Numbered from the stretch's first letter, positions 30,664 through 40,122 are shown. The stretch: DNA of 64,000 nucleotides from an uncultured Mycoplasmatota bacterium (GCA_900547225.1 URFW01000001.1:128456-192455); one strand, 5' to 3'. Notes: generated by a model from the letters alone, not told the origin. Numbers and translations: made by a program.

Positions 30664-31133
30664 TGGATGAAAGAATAATATTAAATACGGATGGCAAAAT
30701 AGATTTAACGATACCAAAAGATTTTGAAGAATATGATAATACGATTGATATTTATTTGCATGGAACGGATGAACTTGTTGGAATGATATGGTTTGAAGAT
30801 TTTTCGGATGATGAGTTTACTAAGTATTATGGTAATGTTGGTTATGTGATTAAAGAAAAGTTTAGAAGAAAAGGTTATGCATTTTCAGCGCTTAAACTAT
30901 TAAAAAAAGTCTTGCTTGATAATGATATTGATAAAATGATATTTAGTATATTTCCAAATAATATTGCTTCTTGTAAAACGGTGGAAAAATTAGGTGCCAG
31001 AATACTTTGCTATAGAAACGTACCTAAGAATCATTCTTTGTATAATTTTTCCGAAAATCAAGTAGTAATATATGAATATAACATTGAAAGGAATAGTAAA
31101 TATGAGGAAGATAAAACTAAAAAGCATTTATAG
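30664..31133 (+). CDS. GNAT-family acetyltransferase
   Basis: Start at MDERIIL after RBS aggag. [20 protein letters not shown] matches the GNAT motif A region. About 156 aa. Confidence 0.6.
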
Positions 31134-31341
31134 ACATTTTAAGGGTAACTTATATTTGGTAGAAGATTTAGCAGTTCACTCGGAAACAGGGGAAATACTT
31201 GTAATATATAGACACTTGTATGATGATTGTGCTTGTTTTGCAAGACCACTTGATATGTTTTTATCAGAAGTTGACCATGAAAAGTATCCTGATGTAAAAC
31301 AAAAATATAGGTTTGAAGAGGTTATAATACCTAAAAAATAA
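31102..31341 (+). CDS. DUF1653-family small protein
   Basis: [11 protein letters not shown] motif. Overlaps the GNAT 3' end by 32 nt. Confidence 0.5.
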   Translation: MRKIKLKSIYRHFKGNLYLVEDLAVHSETGEILVIYRHLYDDCACFARPLDMFLSEVDHEKYPDVKQKYRFEEVIIPKK

Positions 31342-31352
31342 AAGGAGGACAT

Positions 31353-31853
31353 ATGTTAAAAGAATACTTAACAGAAGAAAAGTATGAAGAATTAAAAGAA
31401 AGTAATGATATGATTTATAAGGCTTTAGAATTATCATTAGAGTTATTTAAAAGCGACACTGATAAAGGCGGATTTCCTTACGTTCTTCATCTATTTTACG
31501 TATATAAAAACGTTTTAGAAAAAGAAGAAAAGGTAGTAGCACTACTTCACGATGTTATTGAAGATAAAAACGTAACTAAAGAAGATTTATTAGAAATTGG
31601 TTTTCCAAGCAAAATAGTAAGTGATATATTAGTACTAACTAGAAGAAAAGACGTAAGTTATGATGCTTATATAGATAACATAATAAAAACCGGTAGTAAA
31701 GAGGCTTTAGAAGTAAAACTAGCAGATTTAAAAAATAACATAGATTTAACTAGGATAAAAAATCCTTCCGTAAAAGATTATGAAAGAGTAGAAAAAAGGT
31801 ATATGCCTTCTTATGAAAAAATACTAAATAGATTAAAGGAGATAGAAAAATGA
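31353..31853 (+). CDS. HD-domain protein of RelA/SpoT-hydrolase type (small alarmone hydrolase-like)
   Basis: HLFYVYKNV...VALLHDVIEDKNVTKEDLLEIGFPSKIVSDILVLTRR aligns with the RSH HD motif H..V...LLHDxxEDT...FG..V..LV.GVTK. 166 aa. 4-nt overlap with serS. Confidence 0.6.
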   Translation: MLKEYLTEEKYEELKESNDMIYKALELSLELFKSDTDKGGFPYVLHLFYVYKNVLEKEEKVVALLHDVIEDKNVTKEDLLEIGFPSKIVSDILVLTRRKDVSYDAYIDNIIKTGSKEALEVKLADLKNNIDLTRIKNPSVKDYERVEKRYMPSYEKILNRLKEIEK

Positions 31854-33142
31854 TAGATATTAAATTAATAAGAGAAAACAAAGAATTAGTAAAAGAAAAT
31901 ATTAAAAAGAAGTTTCAAGATAAGAAATTACCACTTGTTGATGAAGTTTATGATATGGACATAAAGTATCGTAAGATAAAAACAGAAGCTGATGAAAAAA
32001 GAAGTAAGATTAACTCTTTAAGTAAAGAAATAGGAAATCTTATGCGCAATAAAGATATAGATGGTGCAAACAAAATAAAAAATGAAGTTGCATCTATTAA
32101 AGAATCTATTCCGGAAATTGAAAAAGAAGAGGAAATGCTTGAAAAAGAAATAAAAGAAAGAATGATGGTAATACCAAACATAATAGCAAACGACGTTCCA
32201 ATTGGAGAAGATGACTCTAAAAACGTTGAAGAAGGAAGATTTGGAGAACCTAAAGTGCCTTCTTATGAAATTCCATATCATTCAGATATAATGGCTTCAT
32301 TTAACGGATTAGATAAGGATGCTGCTGCAAGAGTATCTGGTAATGGTTTTTACTATTTAATGGGAGATATTGCACGTCTTCATTCAGCTGTATTAGCATA
32401 CGCAAGAGACTTTATGATAGATAAGGGATTTACATACTGCATTCCACCATATATGATTCATTCTGATGCGGTTGATGGAGTTATGTCGTTTGAAGAAAAA
32501 GAAGCTATGATGTATAAAATAGAAGGTGAAGATTTATACTTAATAGGTACGTCAGAACACTCTATGATAGCTAAGTTTAAAGATCAATTATTAACGGAAG
32601 ATATGCTTCCTATTACAATGACATCATATTCTCCTTGCTTTAGAAAAGAAGTTGGAGCACACGGAATAGAAGAACGTGGAGTATATAGAATTCACCAGTT
32701 TGAAAAGCAAGAAATGGTAGTAGTATGTAAACCAGAAGATAGTGAGTCTTGGTATAACAAGATGTGGAATTATTCTGTTGAATTATTTAGAAGCCTTGAT
32801 ATTCCAGTTAGAAAACTTGTTTGCTGTTCTGGAGATTTAGCAGACCTTAAATATAGATCTTGCGATATAGAAGCTTGGAGTCCTAGACAACAAAAATACT
32901 TTGAGGTATGTTCATGTTCTAATCTTACTGATGCACAAGCAAGAAGACTTGGTATACGTTATAAAAAGTCTGATGGAACAAAAGAGTTTGCACATACTTT
33001 AAACAATACCGTTATCGCTCCTCCTAGAATGTTAATTGCATTTTTAGAAAACAATTTACAAGAAGATGGAAGTGTTCTTATACCAGAAAAATTAAGACCT
33101 TATATGGGTGGTAAGGATAAACTTATTCCGGCAAATAAATAA
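31850..33142 (+). CDS. serS: Seryl-tRNA synthetase
   Basis: 430 aa. N-terminal coiled-coil arm, class II motifs (FRKEVGAHGIEERGVYRIHQFEKQE, motif 3 region). Confidence 0.9.
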   Translation: MIDIKLIRENKELVKENIKKKFQDKKLPLVDEVYDMDIKYRKIKTEADEKRSKINSLSKEIGNLMRNKDIDGANKIKNEVASIKESIPEIEKEEEMLEKEIKERMMVIPNIIANDVPIGEDDSKNVEEGRFGEPKVPSYEIPYHSDIMASFNGLDKDAAARVSGNGFYYLMGDIARLHSAVLAYARDFMIDKGFTYCIPPYMIHSDAVDGVMSFEEKEAMMYKIEGEDLYLIGTSEHSMIAKFKDQLLTEDMLPITMTSYSPCFRKEVGAHGIEERGVYRIHQFEKQEMVVVCKPEDSESWYNKMWNYSVELFRSLDIPVRKLVCCSGDLADLKYRSCDIEAWSPRQQKYFEVCSCSNLTDAQARRLGIRYKKSDGTKEFAHTLNNTVIAPPRMLIAFLENNLQEDGSVLIPEKLRPYMGGKDKLIPANK

Positions 33143-33223
33143 AAGGATTAATTCCTTTTTTTATTTGTGTTAAATTTAATTTTATGATATCATACTTTCT
33201 ATTAGAAAAAGAGTGATTGAAAA

Positions 33224-33691
33224 ATGAGATACTATGTTGATAAAGACACCATGGATTTTTTAGAAGAAAACGTAGAAGCAGTAATCTATTTGCTTAAAAA
33301 AGCATATATTAGTACTAAAGAGTATTATAAAGGAAAAGCTCTTTCTGATTTTCTTTACTTTAATACTTATAAAACATTTACTAATGGATATTGTTTTTAT
33401 TTTTCAAGAATGCTTAAAAGCATTTATAAAAATGCTTGTTTTGTTTCATGTGATAAATATTATGCTCATATAAGTCATATATTTATTAAGATAAAAGGTG
33501 ATATTTATGACGTATATGGTAAAAGAAACATAAGTAAATATGAAAAGTTAGAAAATAAAGAATTAGAAAAAATAGGTTTAAATCACATTGAAGTAGAAAG
33601 TGAAATATATGAAACATTTAAGATGTATTTTCATAAGTATTTAGATTTGTATGTGAGCTATAACAAGCTTTTTATCAAGAAAAAACATTAA
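33224..33691 (+). CDS. Hypothetical protein
   Basis: 155 aa, Y/K-rich, no recognisable domain. Lies in an AT-rich islet. Confidence 0.35.
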   Translation: MRYYVDKDTMDFLEENVEAVIYLLKKAYISTKEYYKGKALSDFLYFNTYKTFTNGYCFYFSRMLKSIYKNACFVSCDKYYAHISHIFIKIKGDIYDVYGKRNISKYEKLENKELEKIGLNHIEVESEIYETFKMYFHKYLDLYVSYNKLFIKKKH

Positions 33692-33808
33692 AAATTATTA
33701 AAAAAACTTGCATTATTTAAAAAAATGTGGTAAATTCTTTCTATCGCTATTTTTTATAGTGATTTTAATTTGGCTTTAATTTTATTATATAAAGAAAGGA
33801 GAAATACA

Positions 33809-34078
33809 ATGTTAAAAGAACAAAAGCTTATAAGTTATCTTGTTGTTCGTGAAAAAGTATCTACGGGTTATTTAAGTAAATTTAATATTGCTAAAGATGA
33901 TTTTAATTCTTTACTTGTACCTAACAATGCAGAATTAAGAAGATACTATGATGAAGAATATAAGCGTGCACTAACAAAAGTTATGGATGACGAATACGTA
34001 GGAATAACCTTTGATAACTTAGATGCAATTAAGGAAGCATTAGAAGAAAAAGAAAAAGCAAAATCACTTGCTATGTAA
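33809..34078 (+). CDS. Small hypothetical protein, paralog A
   Basis: Start at MLKEQK after RBS aaaggag. C-terminal motif RRYYDEEYKRALTKVMDDEYVGITFDNL shared with the next gene. Confidence 0.4.
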   Translation: MLKEQKLISYLVVREKVSTGYLSKFNIAKDDFNSLLVPNNAELRRYYDEEYKRALTKVMDDEYVGITFDNLDAIKEALEEKEKAKSLAM

Positions 34079-34235
34079 AAGAAGTGGTTTGTTTTTTTTT
34101 TATTTCAGATAATGATTAATACTGATAAATATTAATTACAAAATTATGAAAAATAACACGATTCGACATATTTTTTTAATTAAAATCACTATAATACTAT
34201 TGTGATTTTTTTATTTGAGAAAGGAATAAGTAGTT

Positions 34236-34451
34236 ATGAAAACAGAAATTGAATTATTAAATTATTTAAAAAAATTTATTATAAGTAAGGAGATATTTAA
34301 CATAAATATTAAACCTCGCAATATAGATATACTAAAAAGATATTATGATGATAATTATAAAAAGGCTTCTATATTAGTTATGGAAGATGAATATGTAGGT
34401 ATTACGTTTGATAATTTAGAAAAAATAAATACTTTAATTAAAAAAAGTTAG
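34236..34451 (+). CDS. Small hypothetical protein, paralog B
   Basis: KRYYDDNYKKASILVMEDEYVGITFDNL shares the C-terminal motif with paralog A. Confidence 0.4.
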   Translation: MKTEIELLNYLKKFIISKEIFNINIKPRNIDILKRYYDDNYKKASILVMEDEYVGITFDNLEKINTLIKKS

Positions 34452-34495
34452 TTAAAATACGTTTATTATAGTATAATTATTACGAGGTGTTATAT

Positions 34496-35848
34496 ATGTT
34501 TGAAAATAATAAAATATTTATATTAGGATTTGCAAGAAGTGGTTATGAAGCTGCTAAATTTTTAATAAAAAGAGGAAATGAAGTTTTAATAAATGATGGT
34601 AAAGATGAAAGTAAGGTAGATAAGGATAAACTAAAAGAACTAAAAGATCTAGGAGTTAAGTTTTTCTTTGGTTCACATCCAGATGACTTATTAGATGAAA
34701 GTTATGATTATTTAATTAAGAATCCAGGAGTTCCAATACATCATAAATATATAGAAAAAGCAAAAGAACTTAAAATAGAAGTTATAAATGAAGTAGAAAT
34801 GGCTTATAGATTATTACCAAAAGACGTTACGTTAGTTTCTATTACTGGTACTAATGGTAAGACAACAACTACAACACTTACTTACGAAATGATTAAAGAA
34901 GAAGAAGGTATTAGATGCCATTTAGCAGGAAATATAGGATACCCTTTATGTAGTTTTTTAGATAAATTACAAAAGGGTGATGTAATTGTTATGGAAACAT
35001 CTTGCCAGCAACTTAATAACGTAAAAGAATTTAAACCTCATATAGCAGTTATGACTAATTTATCAGAAGCTCACGTTGACTTTTTTGATAATAGTTATAG
35101 TAAGTATAAAGACGTTAAAACAAAGATATTTAAAAATCAAACAAAAGATGATATTGCAATTCTTAATTTAGAAAATGATGAAGTATTAAAACAAACAAAA
35201 GATATTAAGTCTAAGAAGTTATATTTCTCATCAAAGAAAAAGGCTGATTGTTACTTAAAAGATGATATTATTTATTATAATAATGAAGAAGTACTTGATA
35301 CTAATAAAATGATTATAGTAGGTAACCATAATAAAGAAAACGTAATGGCATCTATTATGGTAGCAAAAGAATTTAACGTATCAAATGATACAATTAGAAA
35401 AGTTGCTTACAATTTTAAAGGTGTTGAGCACAGACTAGAATTTTCTGGAGAAATAGATGGTGTTAAGTATTATAATGATACTGAAGCAACTAACATTAAA
35501 TGTACTCAAATTGCACTTTCTTCATTTAATAAACCAACTATAATAATATTAGGCGGATTAGAAAGAGGACAAGATTTTAATGAACTTACACCATATATGA
35601 AAAACGTTAAAGCAGTTTTAGCAATTGGTGAGTGTAGAAAAAGAGTAGAAGACTATGCAAAAAGTTTAAAAATCCCTGTTTATACACATGAATTTTTAAA
35701 AGATGCTATGAAAGAAATAGAAGGTATTAAAAAAAGTGGAGATGTTGTTCTTTTATCTCCGGCATCAGCATCTTGGGATCAATATAAAGAATGTGAAATT
35801 AGAGGAAAAGAATTTAAAGACTACGTAAAAACATTAAAAGAGGCATAA
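34496..35848 (+). CDS. murD: UDP-N-acetylmuramoylalanine--D-glutamate ligase
   Basis: ITGTNGKTTTTTL P-loop and Mur ligase middle/C-terminal domains. RBS gaggtg. Terminator hairpin aggcat/atgcct overlaps the stop codon. Confidence 0.85.
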   Translation: MFENNKIFILGFARSGYEAAKFLIKRGNEVLINDGKDESKVDKDKLKELKDLGVKFFFGSHPDDLLDESYDYLIKNPGVPIHHKYIEKAKELKIEVINEVEMAYRLLPKDVTLVSITGTNGKTTTTTLTYEMIKEEEGIRCHLAGNIGYPLCSFLDKLQKGDVIVMETSCQQLNNVKEFKPHIAVMTNLSEAHVDFFDNSYSKYKDVKTKIFKNQTKDDIAILNLENDEVLKQTKDIKSKKLYFSSKKKADCYLKDDIIYYNNEEVLDTNKMIIVGNHNKENVMASIMVAKEFNVSNDTIRKVAYNFKGVEHRLEFSGEIDGVKYYNDTEATNIKCTQIALSSFNKPTIIILGGLERGQDFNELTPYMKNVKAVLAIGECRKRVEDYAKSLKIPVYTHEFLKDAMKEIEGIKKSGDVVLLSPASASWDQYKECEIRGKEFKDYVKTLKEA

Positions 35849-35863
35849 AAATGCCTTTTTTAT
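35841..35863 (+). terminator. Rho-independent terminator of murD
   Basis: aggcat-aaaa-atgcct followed by tttttt. Confidence 0.6.
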
Positions 35864-35891
35864 TTGACAAAAAAGTTAAGATATGTATAAT
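35864..35891 (+). promoter_or_regulatory. Sigma-A-type promoter (TTGACA, 16 nt, TATAAT)
   Basis: Consensus hexamers immediately upstream of the 35916 ORF. Confidence 0.55.
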
Positions 35892-35915
35892 AGCTTTAAT
35901 GAAAAGAGGGGTTTT

Positions 35916-37184
35916 ATGAGTTTGGAACAGGAATTACTACTATATGGTATACAAAACTTTTGTTTTAACACAAGGTTTAATTGTACTGAGGAAAGAAAGA
36001 GAATAATATTTGAATATTATAAACCTATTTTTGAAAAGAATTTATCAAAAAATTATGATGTGGAAATAACAAGTGAGATTGATTTAATATTAAAAGACTT
36101 AATAGATTATTATTACGAAAATGGTTTAAATACAAAAATCGATGATTTTTTAAGAAGAAAGGCAAAGGTTGTTTTAAGCGATAAAAGAATGAATTTTGAT
36201 GATGCTATTTTTGAAAATGAAGATAAGATAAGATTGCATTATACGCTTTTTTTATTCAAAAAGATGAAAAAAGTTAATAAAAATCATGTATTAGCTGATG
36301 ATGAAGTTTTAAAATTATCAGTTGACATTATAAATCAGTTATTAAATTCTTACGTTAAGTCTGATAAATCTTCATTGGTAAATAATTATTTTAATTCCCT
36401 CATAAGAAGAAAAATTCTTTGTTATGAAAATGAAGAAAAATTGATATATGATTATTGTATTAGATTTGGTCCAACGAAAGATATAGTTAATTATTTTTAT
36501 GAAAAATGTGTTAGCTATGAAGAATTAGCAGGCTATGACTTAACTGAAAAAGAATACTTGATTTTAATAGAAGAAATTCTAAATAATATAAATTCACTTC
36601 ACTTTGTTTTCAAAACAAAGTTAATAGAAAAGGTAAGAAAAATTAATAAGGAATGCAAAGACGATAGATTAGATATTATTGAAGAAATAAGGTACGGAAA
36701 CTTTGATAATGTTGAATTGCTTAGATGTTTGTATTCAAATATTATAGATTTAGTGTTTGATAAGTTTAAGGATAAAGTTTATGTTTCAAATGAAGAATTT
36801 AAAAAGATATTAAAACAGAAATATGATGAATATTTTGATAAAACCGTAGTCAAATTGTATAATGATGGCAACATTAATTTTCAAAGATACATAAATGTTA
36901 GACTTTCAAATTTTTGCAAGACCAATAAGAGATTAAATTCTAACTTTTTTGTAGATGAAGAAGAAAAGGATCAAACTATTAGAAATAATGAAAGTTTAAT
37001 TGATGTAGTATTTAAAAGATACAAGAAAAAAATTAGTCCTTCTGACGTATTAGAGGATATCATAATAGAATCATATTATAAAAGCGCAGAAGAGTATTTT
37101 AAAATCAAGAGAAAAAGAGATTTTGCATCATACGTAGATTATAAAATGAACTCTTACGTTAAAAAAATGAATTTGAATAAATAA
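35916..37184 (+). CDS. Hypothetical protein (423 aa, no recognisable domain)
   Basis: Start reassigned to MSLEQE (RBS aaagagggg). The longer six-frame ORF begins inside the promoter and terminator. Confidence 0.45.
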   Translation: MSLEQELLLYGIQNFCFNTRFNCTEERKRIIFEYYKPIFEKNLSKNYDVEITSEIDLILKDLIDYYYENGLNTKIDDFLRRKAKVVLSDKRMNFDDAIFENEDKIRLHYTLFLFKKMKKVNKNHVLADDEVLKLSVDIINQLLNSYVKSDKSSLVNNYFNSLIRRKILCYENEEKLIYDYCIRFGPTKDIVNYFYEKCVSYEELAGYDLTEKEYLILIEEILNNINSLHFVFKTKLIEKVRKINKECKDDRLDIIEEIRYGNFDNVELLRCLYSNIIDLVFDKFKDKVYVSNEEFKKILKQKYDEYFDKTVVKLYNDGNINFQRYINVRLSNFCKTNKRLNSNFFVDEEEKDQTIRNNESLIDVVFKRYKKKISPSDVLEDIIIESYYKSAEEYFKIKRKRDFASYVDYKMNSYVKKMNLNK

Positions 37185-37237
37185 AATAACAAATTCTTTT
37201 TTTTGTGTTATACTATTTTAAGAAATGAGTGATTGAT

Positions 37238-38665
37238 ATGTTAAAACCAAATTATAAAGAAGCTAAAAAAAGAACTAAAGAAGATATAAAAGTATTAAGA
37301 AATGAATATAAAATTCCAGATGAAGTTAAAAACTTGGGAGAAAATAAAAAGTACTTTATTAAGACTTATGGTTGTCAAATGAACGAGCACGATAGCGAGG
37401 TAATATCCGCAATATTAGAAGATATGAAGTTCACCAAAACAGATGATTATGAAGATGCTGACTTAATTATTTTAAATACTTGTGCCATTAGAGAAAACGC
37501 ACATAATAAAACTTTTGGAATGCTTGGTAGAATAAAGCACTTAAAGCAGGATAAACCTAATTTAATGGTTGGACTTGCAGGATGTATGAGTCAGGAAGAA
37601 AGTGTAGTAGATGAAATAATTAATAAGTATAAATGGATGGATTTTGTATTTGGAACTCATAATATCTATAAGCTTCCAGAAATTTTAAAAGAACACATGA
37701 AAACTGAAAAACTAGAAGTTAACGTATGGTCTAACGAAGGAAACGTAATAGAAGGGCTTCCATCAAAAAGAGATTCTAAATATAAAGCATGGGTAAACAT
37801 CATGTATGGTTGTGATAAGTTTTGTACGTACTGTATTGTTCCTTATACAAGAGGTAAACAAAGAAGTAGAATGCCAGAAGATATAATAAGTGAAGTTAAA
37901 AAACTAAAAGAAAATGGATATATGGAAGTTACACTACTTGGTCAAAATGTTAATGCATATGGTAAAGATTTTAAAGATAGAAATTATAAAATGGAAAACT
38001 TACTTGAAGATGTTGCTAAAACAGGTATTGATAGAGTAAGATTTGTAACATCTCATCCTTGGGATTTTACTGACAATATGATTGATATAATTAAAAAGTA
38101 CGATAATATTTGTAATTATATTCATCTTCCGGTACAATCAGGTTCGTCTAGAATATTAAAGCTTATGGGAAGACGTTATACCAAAGAATCATACTTAGAA
38201 CTTTATAAAAAAATAAGAGAAAAATTAGGGGATAACGCATCTATTACAACTGATATAATAGTAGGATTTCCGGGTGAAACAAATGAGGATTTTGAAGAAA
38301 CTTTAAAACTTGCTAAAGAATGTAAGTATGATTCAGCTTTTACTTTTATTTATTCTCCAAGAGAAGGTACTCCAGCTGCTAAAATGGAAGATAACGTATC
38401 AAAAGAAGAAAAAGAACAAAGGCTATATAAACTTAATGAAATAATAAATAAGTATGCTAAAGAAGCTAACGATAAATTAGTTGGAAAAGTTATGCCTGTT
38501 TTATTAGAAAACGTAAGCGAAAAAGATGAAAGCATGCTGGCAGGTTATACTGATACCATGAAATTAGTTAACGTTAAGGCGGATAAGAAATACATTGGTA
38601 AAATAGTAAACGTTAAAATTACTGATGCTAAAACTTGGAGCTTGGATGGTAAGATAGATGAATGA
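37238..38665 (+). CDS. miaB: tRNA-2-methylthio-N6-dimethylallyladenosine synthase
   Basis: MTTase N-terminal domain, radical-SAM CxxxCxxC (CDKFCTYC), TRAM domain at the C-terminus. Confidence 0.85.
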   Translation: MLKPNYKEAKKRTKEDIKVLRNEYKIPDEVKNLGENKKYFIKTYGCQMNEHDSEVISAILEDMKFTKTDDYEDADLIILNTCAIRENAHNKTFGMLGRIKHLKQDKPNLMVGLAGCMSQEESVVDEIINKYKWMDFVFGTHNIYKLPEILKEHMKTEKLEVNVWSNEGNVIEGLPSKRDSKYKAWVNIMYGCDKFCTYCIVPYTRGKQRSRMPEDIISEVKKLKENGYMEVTLLGQNVNAYGKDFKDRNYKMENLLEDVAKTGIDRVRFVTSHPWDFTDNMIDIIKKYDNICNYIHLPVQSGSSRILKLMGRRYTKESYLELYKKIREKLGDNASITTDIIVGFPGETNEDFEETLKLAKECKYDSAFTFIYSPREGTPAAKMEDNVSKEEKEQRLYKLNEIINKYAKEANDKLVGKVMPVLLENVSEKDESMLAGYTDTMKLVNVKADKKYIGKIVNVKITDAKTWSLDGKIDE

Positions 38666-38984
38666 TATAGAAGAAAAAATAGATGAGTTATTTGATGATT
38701 TTGAAAAGTCTAAGTTATACAAAGATTATCTAAGAGTTCAAGATAAAATGGCTAATGATGAAGAAATAATGAGCATTATAAATGAAATAAAGAAATTTCA
38801 GAAAATAAGTGCTAATAATAAAGATAAATCAGTGGAACTTAAAATAAACAGTCTATATAAAAAGTTAGAGTCTTATCCAATTTATCAAAGTTACCTAATT
38901 ATGCATGATGAGATAGAAGAAGAGTTATTCATGATAAAGGAAATCTTTGATAAATACTTTATGGACTTATTATCTTTAAAGTAG
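38658..38984 (+). CDS. ymcA: YlbF/YmcA-family protein (RicA-like)
   Basis: 108 aa helical protein overlapping the miaB stop. miaB(ymcB)-ymcA synteny as in Bacillus. Terminator hairpin at 38981-39007. Confidence 0.5.
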   Translation: MNDIEEKIDELFDDFEKSKLYKDYLRVQDKMANDEEIMSIINEIKKFQKISANNKDKSVELKINSLYKKLESYPIYQSYLIMHDEIEEELFMIKEIFDKYFMDLLSLK

Positions 38985-39004
38985 TTTAATCACTACTTTT
39001 TTTT

Positions 39005-39436
39005 ATGTACATAAAATATATTGGTGATGGTTATATGGATCCAATTAAGTTAATAAGTTCTGTCAAAGCAGCCTTAGTTGACGTTATTTTAAGAAATGAA
39101 TTAAAGTATTTGAAAGATATTAGTGCCACTGACTTAATGAGAATATATAGTGCGGATTTATGTGGTATTTTAATGGGTTATTTTCCTGGAGCTACAATAA
39201 TGATTAACTCTTCATATAAAACCTGTGCAACACTCATTAATGGTTTAATATATGATTCAGGTGGAATAAGATATGATTTTAATAACTTTCATATTGCAAA
39301 TAAGGAAGAAATAAATTTTATTGAAAAAAGTTATAATAAGCTTCCAGAAGATGTAATTGATAAAATATATGAATCATATTTAAACATTGACGAAAAGCAT
39401 TATGTTTTAAGAAGAAAAAGGGAAAATTTGACGTAA
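39005..39436 (+). CDS. Hypothetical protein
   Basis: 143 aa. Start uncertain (alternative ATG at 39035). Confidence 0.35.
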   Translation: MYIKYIGDGYMDPIKLISSVKAALVDVILRNELKYLKDISATDLMRIYSADLCGILMGYFPGATIMINSSYKTCATLINGLIYDSGGIRYDFNNFHIANKEEINFIEKSYNKLPEDVIDKIYESYLNIDEKHYVLRRKRENLT

Positions 39437-39543
39437 TTTCTCTTTTTTTGTATGTAAAATTTCTGCATAATATATTTATTTGTCTTGACTGGGTGTTTAG
39501 TAAATGATATTATATATCTGTAATATAATAAGGAGGAAGAAGC

Positions 39544-40122
39544 ATGGAAAAAGAAAGAAAAGTTAAAACTCTATCAATAGCTGCATTAATCGTAGCTGTA
39601 TTAGGTTTAACTGTTGCATTTGCTGCTTTATCTACTCAGTTAACAATTAATGGTACTGCTGAAGTAAAAGCTGCAACTTGGGATATTCACTTTGCTAACT
39701 TAAGTGAAGCTACTTTAACAGGAACTGCTACAGTAGCAACTGCACCAACGTTAACTGCAACAAAAATTAGTGATTACAAAATCACAATCGTTAAGCCAGG
39801 TGACGGAGTAAAATATACTTTTGATGTTGAAAACAAAGGTACTATTGATGCAAAACTTGGAACTTTCACTAAGCCAGAACCAGTATGTACTTCAGCAGGT
39901 ACAGCAGAAGGTTCAGCAGCAGCAGCAGCAAAAGTATGTGCAGGTTTAACTTACACTTTAACTTACACTGATACAGGTGCAGCAGTTAAAGCAGAAGACA
40001 CTTTAGCTAAAGGTGAAACTAAAAATCTTACTTTAACATTATCATATGATAGTGATTCTGTTCCATCAAATGATGTTGAAATCAGTGGATTAGATATTAC
40101 TATGGTTTATAATCAAAACTAG
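39544..40122 (+). CDS. TasA/camelysin (CalY/BsaA)-like secreted matrix protein with SipW-cognate signal peptide
   Basis: N-terminal KTLSIAALIVAVLGLTVAFAALS signal. VKPGDGVKYTFDVENKGTIDAKL matches the TasA LKPGD...F.F.N.G core. Promoter TTGACT-17-TATTAT upstream. Confidence 0.6.
   Translation: MEKERKVKTLSIAALIVAVLGLTVAFAALSTQLTINGTAEVKAATWDIHFANLSEATLTGTATVATAPTLTATKISDYKITIVKPGDGVKYTFDVENKGTIDAKLGTFTKPEPVCTSAGTAEGSAAAAAKVCAGLTYTLTYTDTGAAVKAEDTLAKGETKNLTLTLSYDSDSVPSNDVEISGLDITMVYNQN

Noticed and set aside
34180-34210. Inverted repeat atcac-N12-gtgat as a defined regulator binding site
   Set aside because: It is a short imperfect palindrome in an extremely AT-rich background, which is easily produced by chance. 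It is mentioned only as context.
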